Positions 1 to 9,800 of a stretch of 25,887 bases of DNA are shown in pieces (positions within the stretch are counted from its first letter, which is position 1; every line of letters starts with the position of its first letter). The notes under the pieces are model-generated. The model ran no database searches and was not told the origin of the DNA. It worked only from the letters and a program-made list of their open reading frames with translations. Source of the stretch: a virus. Taxonomy: Duplodnaviria > Caudoviricetes. The stretch is from IMG/VR virus record IMGVR_UViG_3300011013_000074, positions 1-25,887 of that record, one strand, 5' to 3'. The position numbers and the translations under genes were made by a program.

Positions 1-1
1 A

Positions 2-352
2 ACTACATGGCGTGCTTTAGGTTTACGAGAAAAGCCTCAAATTAGCAAGAGCACCGCATATACATTGGTAATGACAGATTCAGGCAAGCACATATTACAT
101 CCATCTGCTGACACCACCGCAAGGACATATACAATTCCAGCCAATATTTCCGTTGCCTATCCTATTGGCACAGAGCTTACATTCGTAAATCAAGATAGCG
201 CCGGAACATTAACAATTGCAATAACCACCGACACAATGAGGCTTGCGGGAGCCGGGACAACGGGATCCAGAACTTTAGCAGCAAACGGAATCGCTAAAGC
301 TTTGAAAATATCTGCTACAGAGTGGATTATTGATGGCACAGGACTCACATAA
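2..352 (+). CDS. C-terminal part of a tail-fibre-like or virion structural protein (5'-truncated)
   Basis: Frame 2 is open from the window edge (TTWRALGLREKPQISKSTAYTLVMTDSGKHILHPSADTTARTYTIPAN...EWIIDGTGLT), so the TTG at 65 is probably not the start. The Thr/Ala-rich beta-type C-terminal module is of a kind seen in phage tail proteins. Confidence 0.6.
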   Translation, partial: TTWRALGLREKPQISKSTAYTLVMTDSGKHILHPSADTTARTYTIPANISVAYPIGTELTFVNQDSAGTLTIAITTDTMRLAGAGTTGSRTLAANGIAKALKISATEWIIDGTGLT

Positions 353-364
353 AAAAAGGCAAAC

Positions 365-721
365 ATGACTATCTATGTTGATGTTGATGCTACCAAAACG
401 ATGCAAGACGTGCTGGACGAAGCACGCCTATCGCTTAACGATGACGACAAGCAAAGGAACGCTGATTCAGCGACCATCGTTTATGCCAATGAAGCTATCG
501 CGATAACGTACAAATTGCGCCCTGATCTTAGATTCGGCGCTTACACATCTGAGTATGCCCCACTAACTGCTGATGATTTTTTCCCGCTCCCTTTTCAGTA
601 CACATCAGTCATAGAGGATTACATTCGGTTCCGCTGTGAAATGCGTGACGACGAGGCGGTATCTGAAGGTTTGGCCAGTGGTTATAACCAGTTATTTGAA
701 CAACGGGTAATGGCGATATGA
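365..721 (+). CDS. Phage head-tail adaptor-like protein (DUF6682-like)
   Basis: 118 aa with an ARxxLND...R..D.....Y.NEA......RPD pattern typical of podovirus adaptor proteins. ATGA-coupled to the next gene. Confidence 0.6.
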   Translation: MTIYVDVDATKTMQDVLDEARLSLNDDDKQRNADSATIVYANEAIAITYKLRPDLRFGAYTSEYAPLTADDFFPLPFQYTSVIEDYIRFRCEMRDDEAVSEGLASGYNQLFEQRVMAI

Positions 722-1362
722 CAACCACCCTTTTTACTTCCGATACTTTACTTAATGAAGTCATGCCGGATGTGCCGGGTTGCTCATTGCCGATTGCAAA
801 GACTGCGATACGCAACGCGGTGATCGAGTTGTGCAATAAAAGCAAGGTGTGGGTGACTGATCACGCGCCGATTGATTCTGTTGCGTTACAGGCAGCTTAT
901 CCATTTGCTCCGGCAACCGAGACGTTGGTGTGTGCGGTGATAACCGCATACTATGACGGCAGGAAGATGGAGCCAGCGATACAGACAGACATCGCCAGCC
1001 GATACGATAACTGGACTGAGAAAACCGGCACCCCTACGGATTATCTGCAAGAGAGCGAATCCGAGATCATATTGTTCAAGAAGCCTGATGCGGCTATCGC
1101 AGGTGCATTGACCATGAAGGTGGCACTCAAACCCACACGAGCAGCTAATGGCGTGGAAAGCTGGATCGTCGAGAAGTATCTGGAAGAAATCGCGCACGGG
1201 GCAAAGGCCAAGCTATTCGCCATGCAGAAGAAGCCGTGGACGGACTCTGGTTTATCAGCATTCCATTTGGGTGAGTTTAGTACCGGCATTGCAAGAGCAA
1301 AGATTCATGCGGCCAAAAGCCTTGGTAGAGGTCGGCTGCGTACCACACCTAGATTTTTGTAA
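718..1362 (+). CDS. Phage head-tail adaptor / tail tubular protein A-like
   Basis: 214 aa with an EVMPDVPGC...AIRNAVIELC..S.VW N-terminus and a LKPTR...I.HGAKAKLF.M..KPWTD C-terminus, a recognisable podovirus connector pattern. It lies upstream of the tail genes. Confidence 0.65.
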   Translation: MTTTLFTSDTLLNEVMPDVPGCSLPIAKTAIRNAVIELCNKSKVWVTDHAPIDSVALQAAYPFAPATETLVCAVITAYYDGRKMEPAIQTDIASRYDNWTEKTGTPTDYLQESESEIILFKKPDAAIAGALTMKVALKPTRAANGVESWIVEKYLEEIAHGAKAKLFAMQKKPWTDSGLSAFHLGEFSTGIARAKIHAAKSLGRGRLRTTPRFL

Positions 1363-1371
1363 GGATCAGCA

Positions 1372-2715
1372 ATGGAAATTTTCAGAAATAATTTATGGGC
1401 GACGCTGGCATCTGGTATTGACAATACGCAGGTGACATTGCCGCTTACGACTGGACATGGTTTACGCTTCGGAACGATCAACGCTGATGAGAAGTTGCGT
1501 ATCGTCCTGTTGAACTCATCGGACAATGTTTCTGAAATCATGTATGCGACAGGTGTTACCGGCGATACGTTGGATATAGTGCGCGGTCAAGATGGCACAA
1601 GTGGCGTGGCTCACCTTGCCGGTGCAAGAATCGAGGCGCGGAATGGTAAAAGCACGATGGAGTCATTGATGCAATCAACCGACTTGCAGAGTGCTGCCGA
1701 GACTTACCTCGGCTCGGTGGTTGGTGTGGATGCCATCACTGCCAGCGCAACCCCGGCCTTGACTGCGCAAGCTGTGGTGGGATCGTTGTGGAAGTTGCCT
1801 GCGGCGGGAGCGAATACGGGCGCGGCGACGTTGAATATCGACGGGCAAGGCGCAGTAGCTATTGTTCGTCCAGATGGTGCGGCACTCAAGGCAAAGGATA
1901 TTCCTTCAGCGAATTATCCTTGCTTGCTTGAAAAGCGTGCGTCTGATTTTGTTTTGGTGAATCCTGCTAACTTTATCAAGCAAGATGTTGATGCGCTGGT
2001 GTCACAAACTCACACAGGTTTTACAACTACCGGTACAGAACCGGCTTATGTACTTACTCCAACCATGCCATTGACTGCTTATGCCGCTGGGCAGCGATAC
2101 AGAATCAAGGCACATGCTACCAGCACCTCTGCGCCGACTTTGAATGTAAGCGGCTTGGGCGCGAAGAGTGTTAAGCGTTATGACGTTGTGGGTGCGAAGG
2201 TTGCGGGTTCCATGCTGATAAATCAGTTAATGGATGTTGAATATGACGGCACTGATTTTGTGGTGCTGACACAACTTCCAGACCCATCAGGGAGGTTGAT
2301 TCGGTACACGGAGATTCTTGCGTCTGATCCAGCTTGGGCTACACACGCAGAAACAAAGCGATTGGTTGTTTGCGTTGTTGCTAGTGGCGGTGGCGGTGCG
2401 CCACTTGTGCAGTATAAAGAGGCACTTGGAGGACAGGCTGGCGAAGTTGCTTGGGGGGAAACGACAACTATTGCTGCTACATACAACGCGGTAATAGGAG
2501 CGGCTGTTGGCGCAGGAGTTGATGGTCAGGCATCATCCTTTGGTGTTGTTGCTTCTGCGGTAGGCGGCAAGAAAGGATTATCTATTGGCGGTCCTTCTAT
2601 CGTTATGGATGGCTTAAATCACCCAGGACAGACAGGGGTTAATGGGCGCGGCGGCGGCGGAGATGGCGCGGCATATGGACAGGCTGGCGTTATTCTTGTT
2701 TGGGAATACTCCTAA
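1372..2715 (+). CDS. Short tail fibre protein
   Basis: The N-terminal F.NN..ATLASGI....T anchor-type domain is followed by two similar modules (A.T.A.TLN(I/V).G.GA) and a Gly-rich C-terminal domain ending in GVILVWEYS. AAGGA RBS upstream. Confidence 0.7.
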   Translation: MEIFRNNLWATLASGIDNTQVTLPLTTGHGLRFGTINADEKLRIVLLNSSDNVSEIMYATGVTGDTLDIVRGQDGTSGVAHLAGARIEARNGKSTMESLMQSTDLQSAAETYLGSVVGVDAITASATPALTAQAVVGSLWKLPAAGANTGAATLNIDGQGAVAIVRPDGAALKAKDIPSANYPCLLEKRASDFVLVNPANFIKQDVDALVSQTHTGFTTTGTEPAYVLTPTMPLTAYAAGQRYRIKAHATSTSAPTLNVSGLGAKSVKRYDVVGAKVAGSMLINQLMDVEYDGTDFVVLTQLPDPSGRLIRYTEILASDPAWATHAETKRLVVCVVASGGGGAPLVQYKEALGGQAGEVAWGETTTIAATYNAVIGAAVGAGVDGQASSFGVVASAVGGKKGLSIGGPSIVMDGLNHPGQTGVNGRGGGGDGAAYGQAGVILVWEYS

Positions 2716-4722
2716 ATGCCTAGAATCACTGCCTTCACTGGAATAGCTCCCAAACTATCGAGCAGATTGTTATCAACCGGTATGGCCGCTGTTGCGGATA
2801 ATTGCCGGTTTTTTTCCGGTGCGCTTCGTTCCTATCTGGATAAGATAGATATTACTCATAACGCACTTATCTCCGGGGATGTTAAAACCATTTTCCGCAT
2901 GAGCGACGGGGTAAGTGACTACTGGTTAAGCTGGCTCACCGACGTAAATTGTGTTCGCAGCCAGATAGCCGGAGATACGGACAACAGAATCTATTGGACC
3001 GGCGACAATGAGCCGAGAACCACTAATCTGACCAAAGCGATCACGGGTGGCGGGGTGATGCCGGATTCCTGCTTTGTGTTGGGGGTATCTGCTCCACTGG
3101 ATGCGCCGACTGTCACACCATCAGGCGGTGTCGGGGCGGCAACTAGCCGTGCGTATGTGGAAACCTTTGTTACCCCGTGGGGGGAGGAGAGTGCGCCAAG
3201 CCCGGTGTCAGCCGTAACAAGCGGTAAGGTTGACGATACATGGGCGTTGAGCGCATTAAATGCGGCACCGATCAACACGGCGACGATCACGGCGGCAAGC
3301 CATGCCAGCGGTATCGTTACTTTAACCACGACCTCTACAAAACACCTGCGCGCAGGCGAAGAGATTACCCATGCCAGCATTCTCGGTATGACGGACTTGA
3401 ACGGCAATTTTCCGGTCAAAGAAGTGATCGATGCGACGCATTACACGATATTGCTGAATACAGCGCAGACTTACACTTCTGGCGGTACTTGGTCAAGGGT
3501 TGCGCCACATAATACTTCTGGTATGACCAGACGCATATACCGCACACTGGATGGCGAGTATTTCTTCGTCGCAGAATTGCCAGTCGGCACGACAACCTAT
3601 AACGATACGATTGCTGATGCTGATCTAGGAGAACCCATCCCTTCTGTCGGATGGGTGATGCCACCTGCTGATATGAAGGGCATGATCGTATTGCCGAATG
3701 GCTATAACGCGGCAATCAGCGGCAATGAAATCGTTTTTTCAGTGCCGTGGCAGCCACACGCTTGGCCGATAGGCTACCGCCTTCCTTGTGAGTTCGAGCC
3801 GGTGGCGATTGGCTCTTATGGTTCCAGCATTGTGGTGGGGAGCAAAGGACTGCCGTATGTCATCACCGGTACAGACCCATCCGGCCTGAGCATGGAAGAA
3901 ACCGAATTAACTGAGCCTTGCTTGTCTGCGCTGGGGATGGTCGATGTGGGCGTAGGCGTGATTTATCCATCACCGAACGGATTGGCGTTCGTGGGTGCGG
4001 GTGGCGCAAAGGTGGTAACCGAAGGAATATTTTCGCGCGATGAATGGCTGCCTCTAAAGCCTGATACATTGCGCTGCGACTATCACAATGGCCTTGTGCT
4101 GGGCTGGCATGACCTGAATGCTGATGCGCGACTAGGCTTTATTTTCGACCCCACCACAAAAGCCTTCACAACAACATCGGTGCCTATCTCGACGAGCTAT
4201 GTAGATGAGGAAACCAATAATCTATATGTGGTAGAGGGTGCGGTTATCTATCAGTGGGATGCGCATCCTTATAACTCCTTGCCGTTTGACTGGAAAAGCG
4301 GCATTGATGTGTCGAAACCAGTCAATTACTCGATTGCCAAGATAGACGGAGATTTTGATGGTGTGAGCCTACTTAACGATGCTGTGGCAGCGGATACCGC
4401 CTATAACGATGTTGTGCTGACTTCCGGTGTTACCGATGGTGAATTGAACGGCTCTATGCTCAATGAGTATGCGCTTAACGGAAGTTTGTTACGTGGCGGT
4501 TCGATTGCTGAATACACTTCGAAGTCTTTACGACTCACTCTTTATGCAGACGGTGAGGAAAAATACAGCCGTGCGATTGAGAACGATACATCATTTTCTC
4601 TACCGGCTGGATTCAAGTCCGGGGTGTTGGAGTTCAGGTTGAGCGGTAACATTCCTGTGCATGGTCTGTATGTTGCACAAAGCGCACGCGAACTGAGGAC
4701 GTTGCTGGGAGATCAGTTGTGA
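2716..4722 (+). CDS. Tail nozzle / tail tubular protein B-like virion protein with an inserted E1-FCCH-like beta module
   Basis: 668 aa, beta-rich, with motifs I.AF.GIAPK.S.RLL, RAYV.TFVT.WGEES.PS, RIYRT, FS.P..PHAWP..Y, F.WKS and F.LPAGF. It sits between the tail fibre and the ejection genes. Confidence 0.65.
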   Translation: MPRITAFTGIAPKLSSRLLSTGMAAVADNCRFFSGALRSYLDKIDITHNALISGDVKTIFRMSDGVSDYWLSWLTDVNCVRSQIAGDTDNRIYWTGDNEPRTTNLTKAITGGGVMPDSCFVLGVSAPLDAPTVTPSGGVGAATSRAYVETFVTPWGEESAPSPVSAVTSGKVDDTWALSALNAAPINTATITAASHASGIVTLTTTSTKHLRAGEEITHASILGMTDLNGNFPVKEVIDATHYTILLNTAQTYTSGGTWSRVAPHNTSGMTRRIYRTLDGEYFFVAELPVGTTTYNDTIADADLGEPIPSVGWVMPPADMKGMIVLPNGYNAAISGNEIVFSVPWQPHAWPIGYRLPCEFEPVAIGSYGSSIVVGSKGLPYVITGTDPSGLSMEETELTEPCLSALGMVDVGVGVIYPSPNGLAFVGAGGAKVVTEGIFSRDEWLPLKPDTLRCDYHNGLVLGWHDLNADARLGFIFDPTTKAFTTTSVPISTSYVDEETNNLYVVEGAVIYQWDAHPYNSLPFDWKSGIDVSKPVNYSIAKIDGDFDGVSLLNDAVAADTAYNDVVLTSGVTDGELNGSMLNEYALNGSLLRGGSIAEYTSKSLRLTLYADGEEKYSRAIENDTSFSLPAGFKSGVLEFRLSGNIPVHGLYVAQSARELRTLLGDQL

Positions 4723-4907
4723 AGCAGATCGGGGCAATTGGTAGCGCGGTACCTAAAGGTGTTCATTCGATTTTGTCTGCCATAAAGCAAAATATTGAAG
4801 AGTTGCGCGGTACTCGAGGGGTAAAAATAAAGCCACTACCCGACAACGCAACGCTGCCGGATGTGATCAAAAAAGTAAACGAAATAATAACGCTAATGCA
4901 GGGTTGA
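4719..4907 (+). CDS. Small tail-associated protein
   Basis: 62 aa, GTGA-coupled to the preceding gene. It has a K.NIE.L.G.RG motif and an ATL.DVI.KVNEII helix, typical of the small gene after this tail protein type. Confidence 0.6.
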   Translation: MKQIGAIGSAVPKGVHSILSAIKQNIEELRGTRGVKIKPLPDNATLPDVIKKVNEIITLMQG

Positions 4908-4957
4908 TTATTTTCAGAATTCAGGTAGAAGTTTTTGATAGCGATTAGGAGATAAGT

Positions 4958-5623
4958 ATGAGCGGCGGAATATTCGGAGGCGTTCAAGATTTATTGTTCG
5001 GCGGCAGCGGTGCGCCGGGTGTACCTGCCAATATCGCTACACAAGCAGGAAATATAGCGGGCTTGGGCGATATTGCAAAAGGGTGGGCAACGGATGATCG
5101 GCAGCGATTTCAAGACATCTACCAGCCGGTAGAAAATAAGTTCGTTGATGATGCCCTGAACTTTGACTCCGCCGATAATCAAGAACGTGCTGCAGGCGCG
5201 GCAGGTGGACTGGTTCGCAAAAGCTACAGGAAAGTTCGCGATGAGAGTAATCGCAACCTGGCACGGTTTGGCATCAACCCGAATTCAGGCCGTGCCCTTG
5301 ATTTGAACAAGCAGATTGATATGGATCAAGCCGCGAACGAGGCGAGTCAAATGAACTTGGCAAGGCAAGGCATCCGGGACAGAGGTATCGCGCTACGTGC
5401 AGGCGTGGTAAATCAAGGCAATGTGGTGGGGAATCAAGCCAGTCGTGGGCTGACTACTGCCATGAGTGGATACGGCGCATCCGGCAATCTTTCTCTAGGT
5501 GAATCTTCGGCATTAACGAACAAGTTTAATGCTGAGACGGCAAGAGAAGGTCTGAATTGGAATAAGTTTGGTGATGTGGTTGGCGCTGGTGCTGGGCTGC
5601 TAAAACCCACAAAGCCAAATTAA
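4958..5623 (+). CDS. Internal virion / DNA ejection protein (small)
   Basis: Strong AGGAG RBS at 4947-4951. Gly/Ala/Asn/Gln-rich helical protein with an R.LAR.GINPNSG motif and Gly-rich termini, typical of podovirus pilot proteins. Confidence 0.65.
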   Translation: MSGGIFGGVQDLLFGGSGAPGVPANIATQAGNIAGLGDIAKGWATDDRQRFQDIYQPVENKFVDDALNFDSADNQERAAGAAGGLVRKSYRKVRDESNRNLARFGINPNSGRALDLNKQIDMDQAANEASQMNLARQGIRDRGIALRAGVVNQGNVVGNQASRGLTTAMSGYGASGNLSLGESSALTNKFNAETAREGLNWNKFGDVVGAGAGLLKPTKPN

Positions 5624-5633
5624 TGGGGGGGTC

Positions 5634-6698
5634 ATGAGCGCATACGGTACTGCCAAGGATTTCAAGCAGGGTTTTGTCAATAAAGGGTATCAGGACGAGC
5701 TAAACGCTATCCCAACCCCTGAGCAGGCCGCTGCAAAGCGTGCAGAGGCAGATATTGCCAAACGAACAGCCGCAACCACAGAGCGTCAGTCGAAAACAGG
5801 CGGTTCATTCCCACAAGTCAGTTTGGTTGGGGATATGAACGCGAAGCCAAGCACGAAACCGGGTCCCGCTGGCGGCATTACGAAGTCTGCCGGTGCATCC
5901 AACATCCCAACCCAGACCAACAACATACCAAGTCAGCCCAATATCGCCGATACCATTGAGTATCTGAAAAGACGCGCAGAGGTCGATCTGCGTCACGGCA
6001 AGATGGATACTGCCGGGCTGGTGAATCTTCAGAATACCTTGTCAAATATGAAGGCGGAAGGATTGCATAGCGCCGTTGCCTTGATGAACAAGGGTGATGC
6101 GCTGGGCGGGGTGAATGCTTACAACAGTATGGGTAATCATCGCTTGAAGTTGGTGGAGCAGAAGGATGGCCAGTTTGAAGTGGGCGGCGTGAAGATTCCT
6201 ACCAAGCTGGTCACGCTGGAAGATGAAAAAGGTAATCGAGAAACCATCAATACCGCACACTTCCTGAATTCGGCAGTCGGGCTGGAAAAGCTGATCGAGC
6301 AGGCGCAGGCCGGGTTTGAGAATAAAACTGATCGTATCGGAGCGGATGCGGATGCGGTAAAGGCGGATGCTTCCATGATTAAAGCAAATGCGGACAAGAA
6401 AAAATCTGAGTCTGATGCCTCTAAAAAGCCAGAATATAAAGTTGAGGGTGGCGAGGTGGCGACAGTTCTTGGCGACCCTGTATTGCGTAAAGATGGTACG
6501 CCGAAACTTGACCCAATTACTGGCAGGCAGTTGGTGAATCGAAATACGGCAAAAGAGAAGGCGTTTTATCGTTGGATGTCCGAGCAAGGCATCACCGATA
6601 CCAATGAGGGGCTTGCTATATATATGGCGCAGAATCCTGAGCCGCTAGAGCGCACTCCAACAAGAAAGCCCGGCGTTAAAGCGTCGGATTTTGACTAA
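5634..6698 (+). CDS. Internal virion / ejection protein (medium)
   Basis: 354 aa, helical, with a low-complexity Pro/Thr linker and a G-rich RBS. It is the second gene in the small-medium-large ejection gene series. Confidence 0.5.
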   Translation: MSAYGTAKDFKQGFVNKGYQDELNAIPTPEQAAAKRAEADIAKRTAATTERQSKTGGSFPQVSLVGDMNAKPSTKPGPAGGITKSAGASNIPTQTNNIPSQPNIADTIEYLKRRAEVDLRHGKMDTAGLVNLQNTLSNMKAEGLHSAVALMNKGDALGGVNAYNSMGNHRLKLVEQKDGQFEVGGVKIPTKLVTLEDEKGNRETINTAHFLNSAVGLEKLIEQAQAGFENKTDRIGADADAVKADASMIKANADKKKSESDASKKPEYKVEGGEVATVLGDPVLRKDGTPKLDPITGRQLVNRNTAKEKAFYRWMSEQGITDTNEGLAIYMAQNPEPLERTPTRKPGVKASDFD

Positions 6699-6712
6699 CT
6701 CCGGAGGGTTGA

Positions 6713-6860
6713 GTGGCATATAACCTAAAGGCAGCGAGGGATGCGGGTGTACCTGATTCGGAAATAGCAGATCATCTTGCAAACCTGCATGGCTATCAAA
6801 TCAGCAAAGCCAGAGAAGCTGGGGTGACTGATACGGAGATTGCCGACCATCTATCCAAAA
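6713..6860 (+). repeat. Tandem duplicated 26-aa N-terminal motif
   Basis: YNLKAARDAGVPDSEIADHLA versus YQISKAREAGVTDTEIADHLS. The DNA has diverged at synonymous sites. Confidence 0.85.
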
Positions 6861-9800
6861 AAAGTACGACAATCGCCAAGGTAAAGAACGCTATCACGTC
6901 TGAAACCATTGCGGAGCGTGCCGAGAAATTACCTGCTTCATCCAAAGAACCATCGCCAAGGGATGTGCTTCAAGTGGATGATGGCCGTGTGACCACCACC
7001 ACCGACCGCGCTACTGATATTTCAGTTGATAAGCTGATTGCCCCGAAGGGAGGAGAGCGCGACATCATGGCGGAAACGTCACGCTTTCTGCAAAGCAATG
7101 ATGACATCCTGCCAGAACAAACTAGATCAGAAGCCGTAAAGGACATATCGCTACCCACGGTAGACCCAGCGGAAGAAGAAGCAAAAGCACGGCGTGATGC
7201 ATTGATCGTGCTAGCCAAGACGAATACGCCGGAAGGTGTGAATGCGCGTCGTATCCTTGATGAGCAGTGGGGGGAGTATGCCAGACAAAATGCGCGGCAG
7301 AACCGCGCCAATGCCAACCCCATAACAAGTGATGCCGCCACTGACTTCATGATAGGTGTGGCGCAGATACCTGGTGCGGCAATCGGTTTATTGGATATTG
7401 CACCTGCGCTGGTTTTCGGTGGACGGCCGGCCGATTATTTGTTTGACGAGATCGGCAAGGTTACCGGCTTTCATCCATCCGAATACGCGAAGCGATTGGA
7501 GCAAGACTATTCCGACATCCGCAAGCAGGGACAGGAGGATATTGCAGCGGTTTGGGATGATGAAACGAAGGGCTGGTGGGATGTCACCAAGGAGTATGCC
7601 GCCAACCCCGGCGTAACGGCTGGTAATGTAGTCAAGTCATTGCCTATCATCGCAGCAGGCGGCGTAGTCGGCAGAATCGCCATGCTGAAAAAAGCAGGCT
7701 TGGCACCCGTAACGGCTGGTGCGATTGGCGAAGGCTCAATGATGGCTGGTTCGCAGATGCAGGACTTTGATGAGTCGGTAGACGCACGTAAGGCGGCACT
7801 GGCAAGCCTTGCGACCGGTGTGCTTGGCGCAGCTATCGGTAAATACGGTGGCGCACTGGCAAGCAAGCTCGGCATTCGTGATGTGGATACATTAGTCGCC
7901 GGTGGTGCGGTCGGTGGTGTCACTTCACCATTCTACAAGCGAATACCGGCTGCAATGGTCCAAGAAGGCATCATTGAGGAAGCAACTCAATCATCTATGG
8001 AGCAGATGCTTAAAAACATCGCTGAGGATAAGCCAGTGATGGAGGGCGTGGATCGTGCAACTGTTGAGGGCACGCTAGCCGGTTCTGCTATGGGTGGCAT
8101 GGCTTCAGCACCAGGAATATACAAGAAACCGGGAATGCTTACCCGTGCCGTCAATAAGGCGCAACAGGGTGATATTCCCGATGGCGCAATCAGTGCCGAT
8201 GAGGTGCTGGGAGCGGCTGACAGTTTGGCGCAGCCCACCGGAAAAGAAGCTGCCACTTCGACGGTGGAACAAGCTGCGCCTCCTATTAACGGGGGTCAGG
8301 ATGGCACAACTTCTACACCTTTGGATGCCGGACTGGATACAGGAACCGTTGAGAGCGGGAATCCTGACGGAGAAGGAAGCGCAAGAAATGACGTTCTTCA
8401 ACATGATATTGATTCAGGAACCGGACGCGATGGAGTGCCCGGAGCACCTTTGGAATCTGATGGAAAGATTGTCACTGCACAGAGCGGAGACAGAACAAAG
8501 GCCGTCATAGACGCGAAGAGTGAAATTGACGAAGCAGCGCGCGAAGCAGCAACATCGCCAGAAAATAATCTACCAGAGCCAACTCAAGGGCAGAAAGAAG
8601 CGGGCAACTACAAGAAGGGACACACCACCATTCACGGTATGGATGTCGCTATAGAGAACCCTCAAGGCTCTGAGCGCAAGGGTGTAGACCCAGACGGCAA
8701 GGCATGGAAGGTAAATCTTCCTGCCCACTATGGCTACATCAAGCGCACCGAAGGCGCTGACGGTGATCATGTCGATGTTTACATCGGCCCCAACCCTGAA
8801 AGCGCGGAGGTCTTTGTAGTTGATCAAGTGGATGCTAAAACCACTAAGTTCGACGAGCACAAGGTCATGATTGGCTTTAAAAGTGAAGCCGAGGCAACGA
8901 CTACTTACAAGGCTGGTTTCAGCGACGGCAAGGGTGCTGATCGCATTGGCTCCATCACGCCATTGTCAATGGATGAATTTAAAGGCTGGCTGAAAGATGG
9001 CGATACTAAGAATCCGTTAGCGAAGCAAGTATCCAGCAACGTCCTGCGCAAACACATCGAAACCCTAATCAAGTTTAAACGCAACGCCGGACAAGTAAAG
9101 CTTGCGCCGCAACTGGAAAATGCCATCAACAAAGCGAAGAATGCGCTCAAGACCGGCAAAGGCAAAGCTTCAGACTTTAAGAAGTTGGCGAAAGTGTTTA
9201 AGGGTAAGGATGATGCTATTTCTACCGAGTTATTGAGCATAGCTGACATGCTTGAGTCATCTAGGCCCGCACAGAAAAAACCACAAAAAGCATCCAGCGA
9301 CCTATTGCAGCGCATCAAGCAGCTTGGGGGCGTGGATATTGGTAGCGTGCTGGACATTACCGGAGAACCTAAGGCCCCAGGCGCGTGGAAGTTTGCATTC
9401 CGTAAGGCAGGGCGCGGATTGGATGATCTGGCAACCGTGCTGGCCGCTGAAGGCTTTGCTATCGACACTAACGATGTAGACGGTGGTGTTCAGCAATTGA
9501 AGGATATGATTCGCGCCCACATTAATGGTGAACGCAACTTCCGGCATATCGACATCGAAGAGCAGGCGGAGCGCAATAAAAACGATGAATACCTGAATAG
9601 CTTGTATGAAGAGGCTGACAAACTTGGAATAAAAGTTGACGGCATGAGCCAGCAACAAATTGAAGATGCTGTTTACGCAGAGGAAGATGCGCGTATCATG
9701 GCATCAGCAGATGCTCAAGGGCTGAATGATGGCGAAGCAGAAGTGTCGGATGCCATCTTTGATGGCGTTGTTGAGAATGATGATCTCGATCTCGATAACC

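Noticed and set aside
4904-4931. Possible sigma70 promoter TTGATT-16-TAGAAG before the ejection genes
   Set aside because: The -10 box lacks the conserved final T and the spacing is suboptimal.
7049-7069. In-frame internal start (GGAGGAG...ATG) in the 1219-aa gene
   Set aside because: The SD-to-ATG spacing of 11 nt or more is long, and Gly-Gly-Glu codons explain the sequence.
8094-8300. 5' extension of the 138-aa ORF-track ORF 8094-8510
   Set aside because: It has no convincing RBS and reads as shadow-frame sequence; only the part from ATG 8301 is supported.
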